Source: Bugula neritina (taxonomy: Eukaryota > Animalia > Bryozoa). Taken from it: DNA of 64,000 bases. Below are positions 1 through 12,100 of the stretch, piece by piece. Positions within the stretch are counted from its first letter, which is position 1, and the number at the start of each line of letters is the position of its first letter. Below the pieces are notes generated by a model. The model worked only from the letters and a program-made list of their open reading frames with translations, was not told the DNA's origin and ran no database searches. The translations under genes were made by a program, and so were the position numbers. Location: contig OZ037771.1 of the NCBI GenBank assembly GCA_964035545.1, positions 569,628-633,627 on the forward strand, in the 5' to 3' direction.

Positions 1-230
1 TTTATACTTTAAATTTGAGTTGGATTTAAGTAATTTAATGCATGTTATATTCCTTTACCTACTAGTGGAACTGTGGAAAGTGTTAAAACTTGATGCCCAA
101 AATAAAATTCAAATGCTGATTGACAAACTGTTGGGTAACTCCTCATTTGGTTAACACATTATAACAGTGTACTGTTTCTACAATTAGTTTGTATTTGTAT
201 TTAGCTATTGACTGATATGCTGATGTACAG

Positions 231-586
231 GTTGGAATCTCTCCTGGAGGAACGGAGATGGTGGTGCTTTGGGAACCATCTGGCAGTGAAGTACTAGACA
301 GTCAGTTGGACAGCAAGCTGGCGGATATTACCTCTGATATACAGTGAGTTGCTGCTAGTATTGTGTTGTTTCAAACACCCTGCAGCTGGATGTAGTCCAA
401 GTTCATTGATTTGCTTGTTATTTTAGGGAGGAGTTGAGTGCACGCTATCGTTCTGCCAGCGTCCCAAATATACAGTTCCAAATAGAGGCCTCTATAAATT
501 CCAATATATACAATTTGCTAGAAAAGTTGGATGTTGGTAGAGAAGAAGAACTTGAGGAAGATGATGGTGTGTACTCTACTTTATAA
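231..586 (+). CDS. RBFA: 3' exons of mitochondrial ribosome-binding factor A-like gene (partial; exons 231-343, 427-586)
   Basis: AG/GT-bounded exons join in frame to VGISPGGTEMVVLWEPSGSEVLDSQLDSKLADITSDIQEELSARYRSASVPNIQFQIEASINSNIYNLLEKLDVG...STL*; the spacing of V.is....v.W / L / VP.I.F / LL...D.G resembles the RbfA KH-like domain. AATAAA at about 635-640. Confidence 0.6.
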
Positions 587-1374
587 ATATATATATATAT
601 AGACTTATCAAAATACAGTTTAGGACTCACAATCAATAAACAGTTTAGTTTTGGCTAGCTGGTAATTTACAAACAGCGTTTCTCGTAATTTGATAATACT
701 TTTGTCTGTAATATTGTTTTGTAGAATAGTAAAATAGTTGTACATTGGTAAAGTTGGTATCATTAAATAGCCTTAGGTTTTACTTTATCCACCAGGCATA
801 AGGATGTGTGCACCAGAAATATCACTTTTAGCATACAAGAAGGCATTAGTGTGTCCCACGAATGCGTTATGTTACCTCTTTTTGAAAAGTAGTTTGCAAT
901 CTAGTTGATACACAAAAGATAGTATGCAACTTTTAAGATCACATCACACTTATGAACCCATTTTATATGTATTCAGGTGAACTGCTTGCCCGACATTCAC
1001 GGAAAATCACCATTACTCAGGGCGTGTACGACCTTGACAGGACTTCCATGATTCACAAAATCATTAGTTCTAAGAATATGACAAAGTTTGGGGCGCACGA
1101 GAGGTCTACTACAAGTACCCTAACTGTAAAAGAGATTGATTCTGAGAGTAAAAACTGAGCAAAACTATTCAGCTATAAGCAGCTGCTGCAGTTTTGCATC
1201 TTGTCTTCAATGTTTACCACACAAACCTTCTTTTTCTGTGTTTTGAGTTGGTTGCTAATAGTATTACTGTTTTATGTGATGAGAAGTTTATTCTTATGAA
1301 AATAAAACATTTCAATGATTATCTTATGCAAAGAACTTTGCCTGGTGGCCCTTATTAATTACACAGTTACGTAC

Positions 1375-1520
1375 TCAGTCACATAGTTAGTCATTTAGTC
1401 ACACAGTGAGTCACTCAGTCCTTCACTCAGTTGCATAGTTAGTCAGTCACTCACTCAATCGTGAAATTTGTCTGTTACTGCTAGACGTCACACCAGACTT
1501 AAACCAATGAGCTTAGATTT
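1375..1520. repeat. Degenerate (AGTC/ACTC)n microsatellite, possibly part of a non-autonomous element remnant
   Basis: cagtcacatagttagtcatttagtcacacagtgagtcactcagtc... followed by unique sequence; no clear termini seen. Confidence 0.4.
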
Positions 1521-1631
1521 TTTCCCTGCTTCTCCATCTTACAATCATGTAGCTTCTTAGCAGTCTGTCATTGCCTCAACGAACAATATTTTGTTGCACG
1601 CAATGCTATACAGACATTGTTGGTTTTAATA

Positions 1632-4600
1632 ATGGAGTCTATCATGAAACTAACATTCAAGGACTTGTTTGTTTGTCGTGTCTGCAATGTTAGCCAGGAA
1701 ACGCCCATTTTCTTACCATGTTACCATGTTATCTGTCAGGTAATATCTGCATCTCCTTACCATGTTATCTGTCAGGTAATGTCTGCATCTCCTTACCATG
1801 TTATCTGTCAGGTAATATCTGCATCTCCTTACCATGTTATCTGTCAGGTAATGTCTGCATCTCCTTACCATGTTATCTGTCAGGTAATATCTGCATCTCC
1901 TTACCATGTTATCTGTCAGGTAATATCTGCATCTCCTTACCATGTTATCTGTCAGGTAATATCTGCATCTCCTTACCATGCTATCTGTCAAGTAATATCT
2001 GCATCTCCTTACCATGCTATCTGTCAGGTAATATCTGCATCTCCTTACCATATGATGTAATGTTCACAGGAATGTATGAGACAAGTGCGGAACAGGAGTA
2101 ATGATGGCGAGGTTAGGGTATGTGAAGAGAACACAACTAACACACAGGCTGAGTGTGTAGACACTGAGGTAACACCTACTAGACTGGAGCATGAAGGAGT
2201 GGATCAGAGATCAGTTGGTAAAGTAACGAGGGACAGAGAAGTAGACCACACAACTCTCTCCTGCCCTGTCTGTGGATCTCAATTCACTAAAGACTCTGTT
2301 TGCATTCTTACGTCTGAAGTGTTCCAAGACCTTGGCCTAGATAAGTAACTCTAGAGATCTTGCATATGCATATATGTAGAAACTTAGTCTAATGCATGGT
2401 TATTACAATAATATATTCATTAATTCTAGCTGGTCCTATCTGTAGGCACAGAGTAGTTAACATAACTTAACCATTTTGCTGAAGCTAATGTTTAAGTGAG
2501 ATACTTTGGTATGAAAACCTAAGTTACTAAAGCTGTAAGAACAAATAGTAATAGATATAACACATGATTAGTGCTTAGTTAATGACTGTGTGACGTTATG
2601 TTATATAAGACCAGCAGTGGAGCCCTGTAGCACAGTAGCTGAATCGTCGCATACTCCATCCGAGGAGACCACCTGGTGCACTGTCTGCTCTCTACCTCCA
2701 GCATCAAAGGTGCAGTTAACTTAGTGATTCTCTTCCACTCTCTGCTACTACTTGTTGTGATGCATGTTGAAATATGGTGGCTACTAATGAAGTGGTTAGC
2801 TTTTTATTGCAGAGAGTTGAGACGACACATCAGTGTGTAGATTGTTTTGACTTCCTGTGCGAGGAATGCTCGGCAGCGCATCAAAGGACCCGACAGACAC
2901 ATGGCCATGTTGTACTTAAACTATCAGATATACTGGAAGGAAGTCCCGAGCTTGAAATGAAGAAAAGAAGTTGCCTCCCCTGTGCTAATCATACACAAAA
3001 TGCATTGGAGCTTTACTGCATGCCTTGCGAGAAGGTATATCATTGTGGCAACTTTGTGGGCAATAGCAGCCCTTTAATTAATCAGAGTTTAAATTATTGG
3101 AATTCTCAGATAATAGACTTATTATATTGTATTATTATACTTTAAATACCTTTTTATATCTTGACTTTTGGTCTAACATGCTGCACACACATTTATATAT
3201 TTATACCTCATACATGTAGTGTATATTATGTCTGTCTTTTATGCATGTTTATTATGTGTATTCATTGCCAACATTTATACAATAAATCTGTTATAATGTA
3301 TGTTTATTGTGTATATTTTAGCTGCTGTGCATAAAGTGCAAGCTAATTGATCACAATACTCATATCTGCTCAGAAATTCATGCGGCCGCAAAAAGTCATC
3401 GTGGGAAGATAGCCGCTGACAGGATCATTGAAGACACAAAACGCAATATACTGATGGAGAGTTTAGAGAGGTGCTTAGAGGTGAGGTGATGTGTGTGTTG
3501 ACTATGAGATCTGTCAGGTCTACTGTGTTGTAAACATGTAATTATACTGTGCTGTAGCTATTGGCTATTATGTAGACCTCTAAACTTGCTGTGAGTGAGG
3601 AGAAGCACCTGCTGACTAGACTGGATGACAGACTGTCACAACTGAAACACCAACTAGACATCTATTACAAGCACTTGTTCACTCGTGTCACCCAGCATTA
3701 CCAGCAGTTCAAGGAGCTCAACCAGCAGGTGCTCTTTTATTTTCACTGCAAACAAAGTATTTTAAACTTTTGACTTCTATGATATATATACTTGATCTAT
3801 ATACCATAGGTTATCACATTTAGACAGCTGATGAGATTCTAATGAGCGAGAGGTGAAGCACATAAAGTTGTCGTCTTTTTAATGTTTCAATATTGTCAGG
3901 ATACTAAGGCTAGCCTGTGTTCTTTTAGAAAGAAGAGGAACTACGAAAGAAGCTGTGTAATCTGAAAAGCTTGCAAATATTATCTGAGAGAATAGAGGTT
4001 GATGCTACTGACATCCAAGTACTTGCTAGCAAGCACCATTACACCAATAAGCATAAGGTAGAGCATATTATGTGGAGTATAATTAATATAGAGAGAGTAT
4101 GAATAGCGTGAGGTATATAGTAACACGTCATACTAGAGTATAATAATGATATTGTAGAAGTTATGTTCCCATGTCTATCCCCCAACCTTACCCCAATTAG
4201 ACAGCCTCTCTTTGAATGTTCCAAACATCACAGAGTCAGCGGTTGGTATGCTTTTTGGGAATCTGGTTACAGACGTACATAAAGGTAGGGATTCTTATGG
4301 GAAGTTGTACTGTGGTTTTATAGCTCTTAGTGAGCAAGGGCAGAACCTATACATGCTCTGTGTGTTACAGTCAAGGGGGACAGAGCACGCCCCGTCTCGC
4401 CTTGTAGAGCAGATGAGACAGTAGGAACTCATGCTAAACCCTGCGAAGATGGAGAGATCTTGCCCCTACTCTCGCCTTCTGGGAGAATATACGAGGCTTA
4501 TCACGAACTCTTACATTGTGAGTCAAAAGTTGTCAATTGCTTATAATTATAAAACAAAGACCGGCTGCTTTCAGCCATTAAATAAGTGTTAACATGCATC

Positions 4601-7600
4601 TCTTGTCTGTTGCTAGCCGCTGAAGCAGGAGAAGTGGAGGAGAGGTTAAAGCAGGTTGAGGCGGGGGGTCATGCACCTCCCCCACTTCCTGTAACAGAGC
4701 AGGTGGAGACTGGAGACTGCGCTAGGAAGATGAGTTCTGCCAGGATACAGAATCCTGTGATTGGAAGTGCAGAGCTGATGTGGAGCAGTAAATCTCTCAG
4801 CAGTATGTTGCTTTTTACCTGTTATATACTGTACTGTAGTAGTATATACCAGCTGTGTGTATATACTAACTGTGTGTATACTAACTGTATGTGTATACTG
4901 CCAGTATATATACTGTAGTAATACTACCTGCTATATACTGTAGTACTACTAACTGTGTGTATATACTAACTGTGTGTATACTGTACTGTGTATATACTGT
5001 AGTACTACTAACTGTATGTGTATATACTAACTGTATGTGTATACTAACTGTGTATATACTGTAGAACACGCCTCTGTTGTCAAAGTGGCCGTCACATCCG
5101 ATGCTGATCTTGTGTTGGCCGTCTTCTACCGGTTTTACAAAAATCAGGTAATTTTATTTTCATATTCATATAGAGGTTCTGTCTACCCATTCCCATTCCC
5201 TTGTATTAGCATTTCCTGTTTCCTGTATTCCTCTAATCTAAAACATTCTAGATGTTTATCACGGCAGATCTAAATTAAGATCAATTTATTTATGCTCTAT
5301 AGAAGTGTTGTAGGTACTTAGTGTACTGTAGTTTCCTGTGCTCTACTGTAGTGTATAGTGTACTGTAGTGTATATAGTGTACTGTAATGTATATAGTGTA
5401 CTGTAGTGTATATAGTGTACTGTAGTGTATATAGTGTACTGTAGTGTGTATAGTGTACTGTAGTGTGTAGTGTACTGTAGTGTATATAGTGTACTGTAGT
5501 GTGTATAGTGTACTGTAGTGTATATAGTGTACTGTAGTGTGTATAGTGTACTGTAGTGTGTATAGTGTACTGTAGTGTATATAGTGTACTGTAGTGTGTA
5601 TAGTGTACTGTAGTGTGTATAGTGTACTGTAGTGTACTGTAGTGTGTATAGTGTACTGTAGTGTGTATAGTGTACTGTAATGTATATAGTGTACTGTAGT
5701 GTGTATAGTGTACTGTAGTGTGTATAGTGTACTGTAGTGTGCATAGTGTACTGTAGTGTGTATAGTGTACTGTAGTGTGTATAGTGTACTGTAGTGTGCA
5801 TAGTGTACTGTAGTGTGCATAGTGTACTGTAGTGTATATAGTGTATTGTAGTGTATATAGTGTACTGTAGTGTATATAGTGTACTGTAGTGTATATAGTG
5901 TACTGTAGTGTATATAGTGTACTGTAGTGTGTATAGTGTACTGTAGTGTGTATAGTGTACTGTAGTGTATAGTGTACTGTAGTGTATATAGTGTACTGTA
6001 GTGCGTGTAGTGTACTGTATGTAATGTAGGTGCGAAACTGTGATAGAGTGAGACTGATGAAGATTAATTCAAGTGGAGAGGTGAAGATGGACATCCCGTA
6101 TGGTAACATCATACACGGGTTAGCTGTGGGCAGCCATGACCAGATTGTCATCTCTGGCGGAGAGGTTAATGGCAGCCATATTGATGTGCTTTGGACCAAT
6201 CGTAAAGAGGTACGAGATACGCTGTAATAGTGGAGCATATACCACACAGTGTTCATTATAACTAGACCTATGCTATGCTATGCTATGCTATGCTATGCTA
6301 TGCTGTGCTGTGCTGTGCTGTGCTATGCTATGCTATGCTGTGCTATACTCTGCTATGTTATGCTATGCTATGCTATGCTATGCTATGCTATGCACTGTGA
6401 GCTCACCTACTAGTATATTGTCTAATTTAATATTTCTTTAATATTGTTTTGTATTTGCAAACATATCTGAAGGAACATCTTTCTGCAACCAATCCAGGCA
6501 GTTGTGTGTGTTTTAGAGAGCTAGCTTCCAACCTAGATGTGGTACGGGTGGGGTAGCTGTAGATGGCTCTAACAACATTGTCATTGCTGGAGCCAAGACT
6601 ATTGAATACTACAGGATGGAAGGTGAATTTGTCAGTTCCTTCTCTGACGTGGTGCCCAATCTAGGAGATAAATATGGAAATCAGGACTTTGAGTTGATTA
6701 GAAAGGAGATAGCAGTTGGGGTGGATGACAGCGTATTTGTGAGTGATGCCAACACTAACAGCGTCAGAGGTGAGAGACTTGAGATTTTTCTGCTTTGTTT
6801 TGATAACTCAGTTTGCCTTTGTTGTACTCAAATCACTTTGCCTTTCCTTAATGTCTCAAGTCACTTTAGGTTACTCTAGTAAAGGCGAGCTGCTCTTCAC
6901 TTATGGACATCAAGCCCCGCATATCTTACCAATAATTCACCCCAGAGGCATTTCTACTGACAAGTTTGGGCACGTTCTCATCTGTGACGCAAGTGGCCCC
7001 TGTGTAAGTTGTAACTAGTGTAATACATAAATATAATGTACATAGAAAGTATATTATATATTCAGCAGATATAATATAATATATAAAAGGAAAGCATGTG
7101 CTTACATAATACTTCTTATGCAATACTAGTATGATGTAGTAGAATACAATGCCCTGCTTTGCATATTGCATGTCTCCATCTTATAACACATTTGTGCAGT
7201 CATCTATGTGTTGGTATAAAGTATAAATAAATGTATTGGCAGGTTCACATAATAAACAATCTCGGAGCCTTCCAGTGCAAGATATTGGAGAATGAGATCA
7301 ACGGGCCTAGAGACGTGGCCTGTTTTAACTCCGCCTTCCTAGTCATTGGTAAGATTAGAATATTCTATGCACTAATTTATTCTCTTGTATTTCCCTTTTT
7401 ATTTTAGGCTGTGGGGCATAACTTGTATTGATATTGCTATTTGCTATCAACTTCTGTATCAACTAATCTAAAAGATAAGTTTTGTGAAATACCTATAGTT
7501 GCCGCTCTGTGTCAGGTGTTGAGAAGGTGGAACTTATTTTACAGGACAGAATTCTGGTCGCTTGCAAGTCTTTCAGTACATCTTCAATAGAGATGAGACC

Positions 7601-7645
7601 AGCTATTCTCAAGGAAAAGATAACTCCGAACTTATAGTAATTTAG
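1632..7645 (+). CDS. TRIM-family E3 ligase: RING, two B-boxes, coiled coil, C-terminal NHL-like beta-propeller (multi-exon)
   Basis: ATG 1632; RING CRVC..LPCYHVICQ|ECM..CPVC; B-box1 CTVC..CVDCFDFLCEECSAAHQRTRQTHGH; B-box2 CANH..LYCMPCEK|LLCIKCKLIDHNTH; NHL-like HPRGISTDKFGHVLICD and GPRDVAC; last exon from 7544 ends SELIVI* at 7645. Confidence 0.85.
1721..2052 (+). repeat. 36-bp minisatellite x9 spanning the exon 1 donor of the TRIM gene
   Basis: Unit ttaccatgttatctgtcag|gtaatatctgcatctcc; first donor at 1740, last at 2028, acceptor ends 2069. Confidence 0.95.
4826..5062 (+). repeat. Degenerate intronic repeat (tatactaactgtgtg)n ending at an acceptor
   Basis: Imperfect 15-20 bp units; ends ...tatactgtag|aacacg. 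Confidence 0.8.
5343..6019 (+). repeat. 19-bp satellite (agtgtactgtagtgtgtat)n in TRIM intron
   Basis: About 35 copies ending about 10 nt before the acceptor at 6029; source of the [12 protein letters not shown] ORFs. Confidence 0.95.
6268..6392 (+). repeat. (TATGC/TGTGC)n pentanucleotide microsatellite
   Basis: Directly visible, intronic. Confidence 0.95.
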
Positions 7646-8236
7646 CCTTAGGCTATAAACACACTATACACTAGCACTACACACTAGTTTTGAAACAACA
7701 GCAATAAAGGATTTCATACTATATTGTTTTTGCCGCGTTTCAAATACTTATTACATTGAAATTATGTCAGAATTTCAAAGTTCTTGAAGTTTTTGAAAGT
7801 TAGAAAATACCTGCAAACTTGTGGGAGTCTAGCAGCTGCGATTGAATAGAAAACCTGCTAATCACCTGTTTCACACTCCATCATCATCCTGACACACAGT
7901 CATTAGACTCGGTGTCATGCTCTGTGAGCTCATAATCGTCTTAACAAATTTAATTAATTTTTAATTGTTTAATCCCTGTCTTCATCAACTTATATTAGAT
8001 ATTTGCTTATAAAATCCAATCTAGGAAAAACAGTCTACTTCAATTTTGTTAATTGTATAAATGAAGAAAGTAAAACACAAATATCTATAGTCTTGCATTT
8101 AAATCCTTAGTGAATACCTGAAAATTAAAACGTTGACAATTTTGACAAGGATAAAGAATAATGCAAGTTGTTAAGTTGGCTACTGAAGAGTCACGCAAAA
8201 GGTGAATTAGCCATCCGAAGTAAGACTAGTCTTGCG

Positions 8237-8273
8237 TATATAAAGAATCAGCGGGTTTTACTTCTCCAGTCTT
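8237..8273 (+). promoter_or_regulatory. TATA box plus initiator-like element of the small peptide gene
   Basis: TATATAAAG at 8237-8245 and CCAGTC about 30 nt downstream (A at 8268), 60 nt before ATG 8328. Confidence 0.6.
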
Positions 8274-8327
8274 GACAACTGATCGCTACTAAGGTAAGCT
8301 CACTTGGACATTTGTGTAAATTCAAAT

Positions 8328-8897
8328 ATGAAGAGCAGACAACTCTTAATTTGCTTGTGTCTCCTGGCTGGCACAGTTCACGCAGGTAAGTTTATTTTGT
8401 ATATAGCATTAATGGTCTTTGTGCAGTCATTTCGTAAAATGGTAATTGTTCAAAAATTTGATCGCCTGTCAAATTAATTTAGTTTATATTATGGTGTATA
8501 AAATGACTCCATCTATTTGGAGTTACCTCTCTTGAATATCACCCAGCACTCACTGAAACCGCGTAAAAATACTGAATCAGTATGCAATGGATAGAAAAGC
8601 AATCAAACTTGGTTACATGCTTTCAGCAGGATTAAACATCCTATAGGCTATTAGTCCATTACTACTTCACTTCCATGAACTGACCACTTAATTGTAGCAT
8701 TCATGGCTAATAAAGAGGAGGACAACTCCCTCTCCTTTGAAGAACTCGGCCCAAGTGAGATGCAATTCCTTGCGTCTCTGTTCCAGCCAGTTAGGAGGAA
8801 TGGTGAGCTGATGAAGAGAGTCCGTGGATACCCTGGGAGGTACCCCAAGAAAGCTGGTTACTATGTCCCAACTTCCAATACTGAGCAATTACCATGA
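8328..8897 (+). CDS. Small secreted peptide / neuropeptide-like precursor, 85 aa (exons 8328-8385, 8698-8897)
   Basis: Exon 1 encodes signal-peptide-like MKSRQLLICLCLLAGTVHA and ends CAG|GTAAGT (phase 1); exon 2 after TGTAG continues in frame AFMANKEEDNSLSFEELGPSEMQFLASLFQPVRRNGELMKRVRGYPGRYPKKAGYYVPTSNTEQLP*; dibasic RR, KR and KK; AATAAA at 9094-9099. Confidence 0.75.
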
Positions 8898-9113
8898 AGA
8901 GAAATACTTAATTGACACCAAACGCTGTCAGTGTGTAGAAACAAGTTACAAATAATGATTATTTTCTGTTGTGTACTAGTGGAACTGAGTTCAGTTAAGC
9001 TAACCCTGTTGGCATTATTTCAATACTGATAAGTTTGTAATATTTATTTTGTGAATTCCAATACAGCACATAATTATGATATTTTAAGTTTTCAATAAAC
9101 AAATTGAACTGTT

Positions 9114-12100
9114 TTATATATCCTCAGGCCACTCGAATGGTTCAGGCGCGTCAGGCTCAACCCCTTCATCTTCTTCTACTTCTTTCTTTGGACCACCAGC
9201 TATAAATCAACGACTCCAACAAATAAGTACATGACGGTTAATTTCTACGTTTTTGGCATCAGTGATATTATCTAAACCGTTGATTAGTGACGAGCATCTC
9301 ACAAGCACTTATGAAGCAAATGAATTAACGCAGAGTTTAGGAGTTATTCCCTCAACTTGCTTAATTTTCAGACTATTTTCATTGGACAAATGGTGACCGG
9401 AGAGTGTGTAACTGATGTTGAGAACTAATCACGATATAAAGCCACACAGTAACACATAATGCAACATATTTCAAATTGATTTTTTAGACATGGTGATTTA
9501 AAAGTGTGTAACTGATGTGATAGCCTGGTTTGGAACTCATTTTAACATGAAGACGTATAATAACACAACACATATAATATAATACATATAATAATAATAC
9601 TTAATACTATAATAATATATTATTGTGGTTATAAAATATAACAACCAGCAATATACACTACCTTTCACAACTTCCACCAGTTTTTCTTCCTCACCAGGTT
9701 TGGTATCCTTGAGGATAAGTATGCCTCCTGTGCTAACAGGTTTTATTGAAACATAACGAGCTTTGTCAGTGGGCATGCTCAGCACCTGCAACCAATTAGA
9801 GCGCTCGATAAAAACAGGTAGATTAATATGTAATATTTTACAATCAAAATATTGGAACAAGTCAGCTTTACAGTACACTATATACACTACAGTACACTAT
9901 ATACATTACAGTACACTATACACACTACAGTACACTATACACACTACAGTACACTATACACACTACAGTACACTATACACACTACAGTACACTATATACA
10001 CTACAGTACACTATAGACACTACAATACACTATACACACTACAATACACTATACACACTACAGTACACTATACACACTACAGTACACTATATACACTACA
10101 GTACACTATACACACTACAGTACACTATATACACTACAGTACACTATATACACTACAATACACTATACACACTACAGTACACTATACACACTACAATACA
10201 CTATACACACTACAGTACACTATACACACTACAGTACACTATACACACTACAGTACACTATACACACTACAGTACACTATACACACTACAGTACACTATA
10301 CACACTACAGTACACTATATACACTACAATACACTATACACACTACAATACACTATACACACTACAGTACACTATACACACTACAGTACACTATACACAC
10401 TACAGTACACTATACACACTACAGTACACTATACACACTACAGTACACTATACACACTACAGTACACAATACACACTACAGTACACTATAGACAGTACAC
10501 TATGCACACTACAGTACACTATACACACTACAGTACACTACACACTACAGTACACTATACACACTACAGTACACAATACACACTACAGTACACTATAGAC
10601 AGTACACTATATACACTACAGTACACTATACACACTACAGTACACTATACACACTACAGTACACTATACACACTACAGTACACTATACACACTACAGTAC
10701 ACTATATACACTACAGTACACTATATACACTACAGTACACTATACACAATACACTATACACAGTACACTATACACACTCCAGTACACTATATACACTACA
10801 GTACACTATACACAATACACTATATACACTACAGTACACTATACACACTCCAGTACACTATATACACTACAGTACACTATACACAATACACTATACACAC
10901 TACAGTACACTATACACACTACAGTACACAATACACACTACAGTACACTACACACTACAGTACACTATACACACTACAGTCTGTAGCTCACCTTCAACTG
11001 CTGTCTCATCACTCGAGATGGGTTGGACAACAACTCAAATGATGGCTCCTTCTCCTTTACCTTCTTCTCTTCAGTTTTTGCATCTTTTGCTCCGTCTTTC
11101 TTCTCGCTCTGAAAAATCAACACACTATAATCTACTACATCTCTTGGAGTTGTCTACACTCTGTAGTTGATATAACGCAGCATAATGTACTATATCTCTT
11201 AGAGTTGTCTACACTCTGTAGTTGATATAACGCAGCATAATGTACTACATCTCTTGGAGTTGTCTACATATATTTAAGTAGGAGTAATCTATATCAGGTA
11301 GTCAAGTTTCACCCCAGTGACACAACTTACTGTATCCATTTTCTCAGCTTTGCTAACTTCCGTATCAGTGGCTGGAGTTTTCTCTCCTTTCTTCTTCTTG
11401 TGCTTGGCTGTGATGCTGAGAATGGCCGTCTCTACCTTCTCTCTGGTCTTATCCTTTCTTTCTTCCAGTTTGGCAGGGTAACCAAAGAGGGAGGGCTTGG
11501 CATTGCTGGTCACTTCTAGCTCTGGCATCTGCAACCCATACACCACACTTGAAACATACTTTATATAACATGTGACATACTACAACAGGTGATCTACTAC
11601 AACAGGTGACACACTACAACAGGTGACACACTACAACAAGTGACACACTATAACAGGTGACACACTACAACAGGTGACACACTATAACAAGTGACACACT
11701 ACAACAAGTGACACACTATAACAAGTGACACACTACAACAGGTGACACACTAAAACAGGTGACACACTATAACACATGACATCCTACAACAGGTGATATA
11801 CTACAACAGGTGACACACTATAAATGTGACGTACTACAACAGGTGACACACTACAACAGGTGACACACTATAAATGTGACGTACTACAACAGGTGATCTA
11901 CTATAACATGTGACACACTACAACAGGTGCTTTGGGCACCTCACCTTGAGGTCAGAGTTGAGGCAGATGATGGCCGTGGGAGAGAACGCGAGAGAGAGGA
12001 AGTGACTGAGTGGAAACCAGTACCAAAACTGTTGAAATACGAGAAGTCCGACAACTGCTTCCATATTCATGTGCCCAGTGCGCGACTGCAGAGCTACTGT

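Noticed and set aside
952-1158. 68-aa ORF between RBFA-like and TRIM genes
   Set aside because: No recognisable motif or splice support; could be a TE remnant or chance.
5290-6256. Long ORFs of [12 protein letters not shown] type (also 9763-11170, 30843-31529)
   Set aside because: Translations of satellite DNA inside introns of recognisable genes; open in several frames at once.
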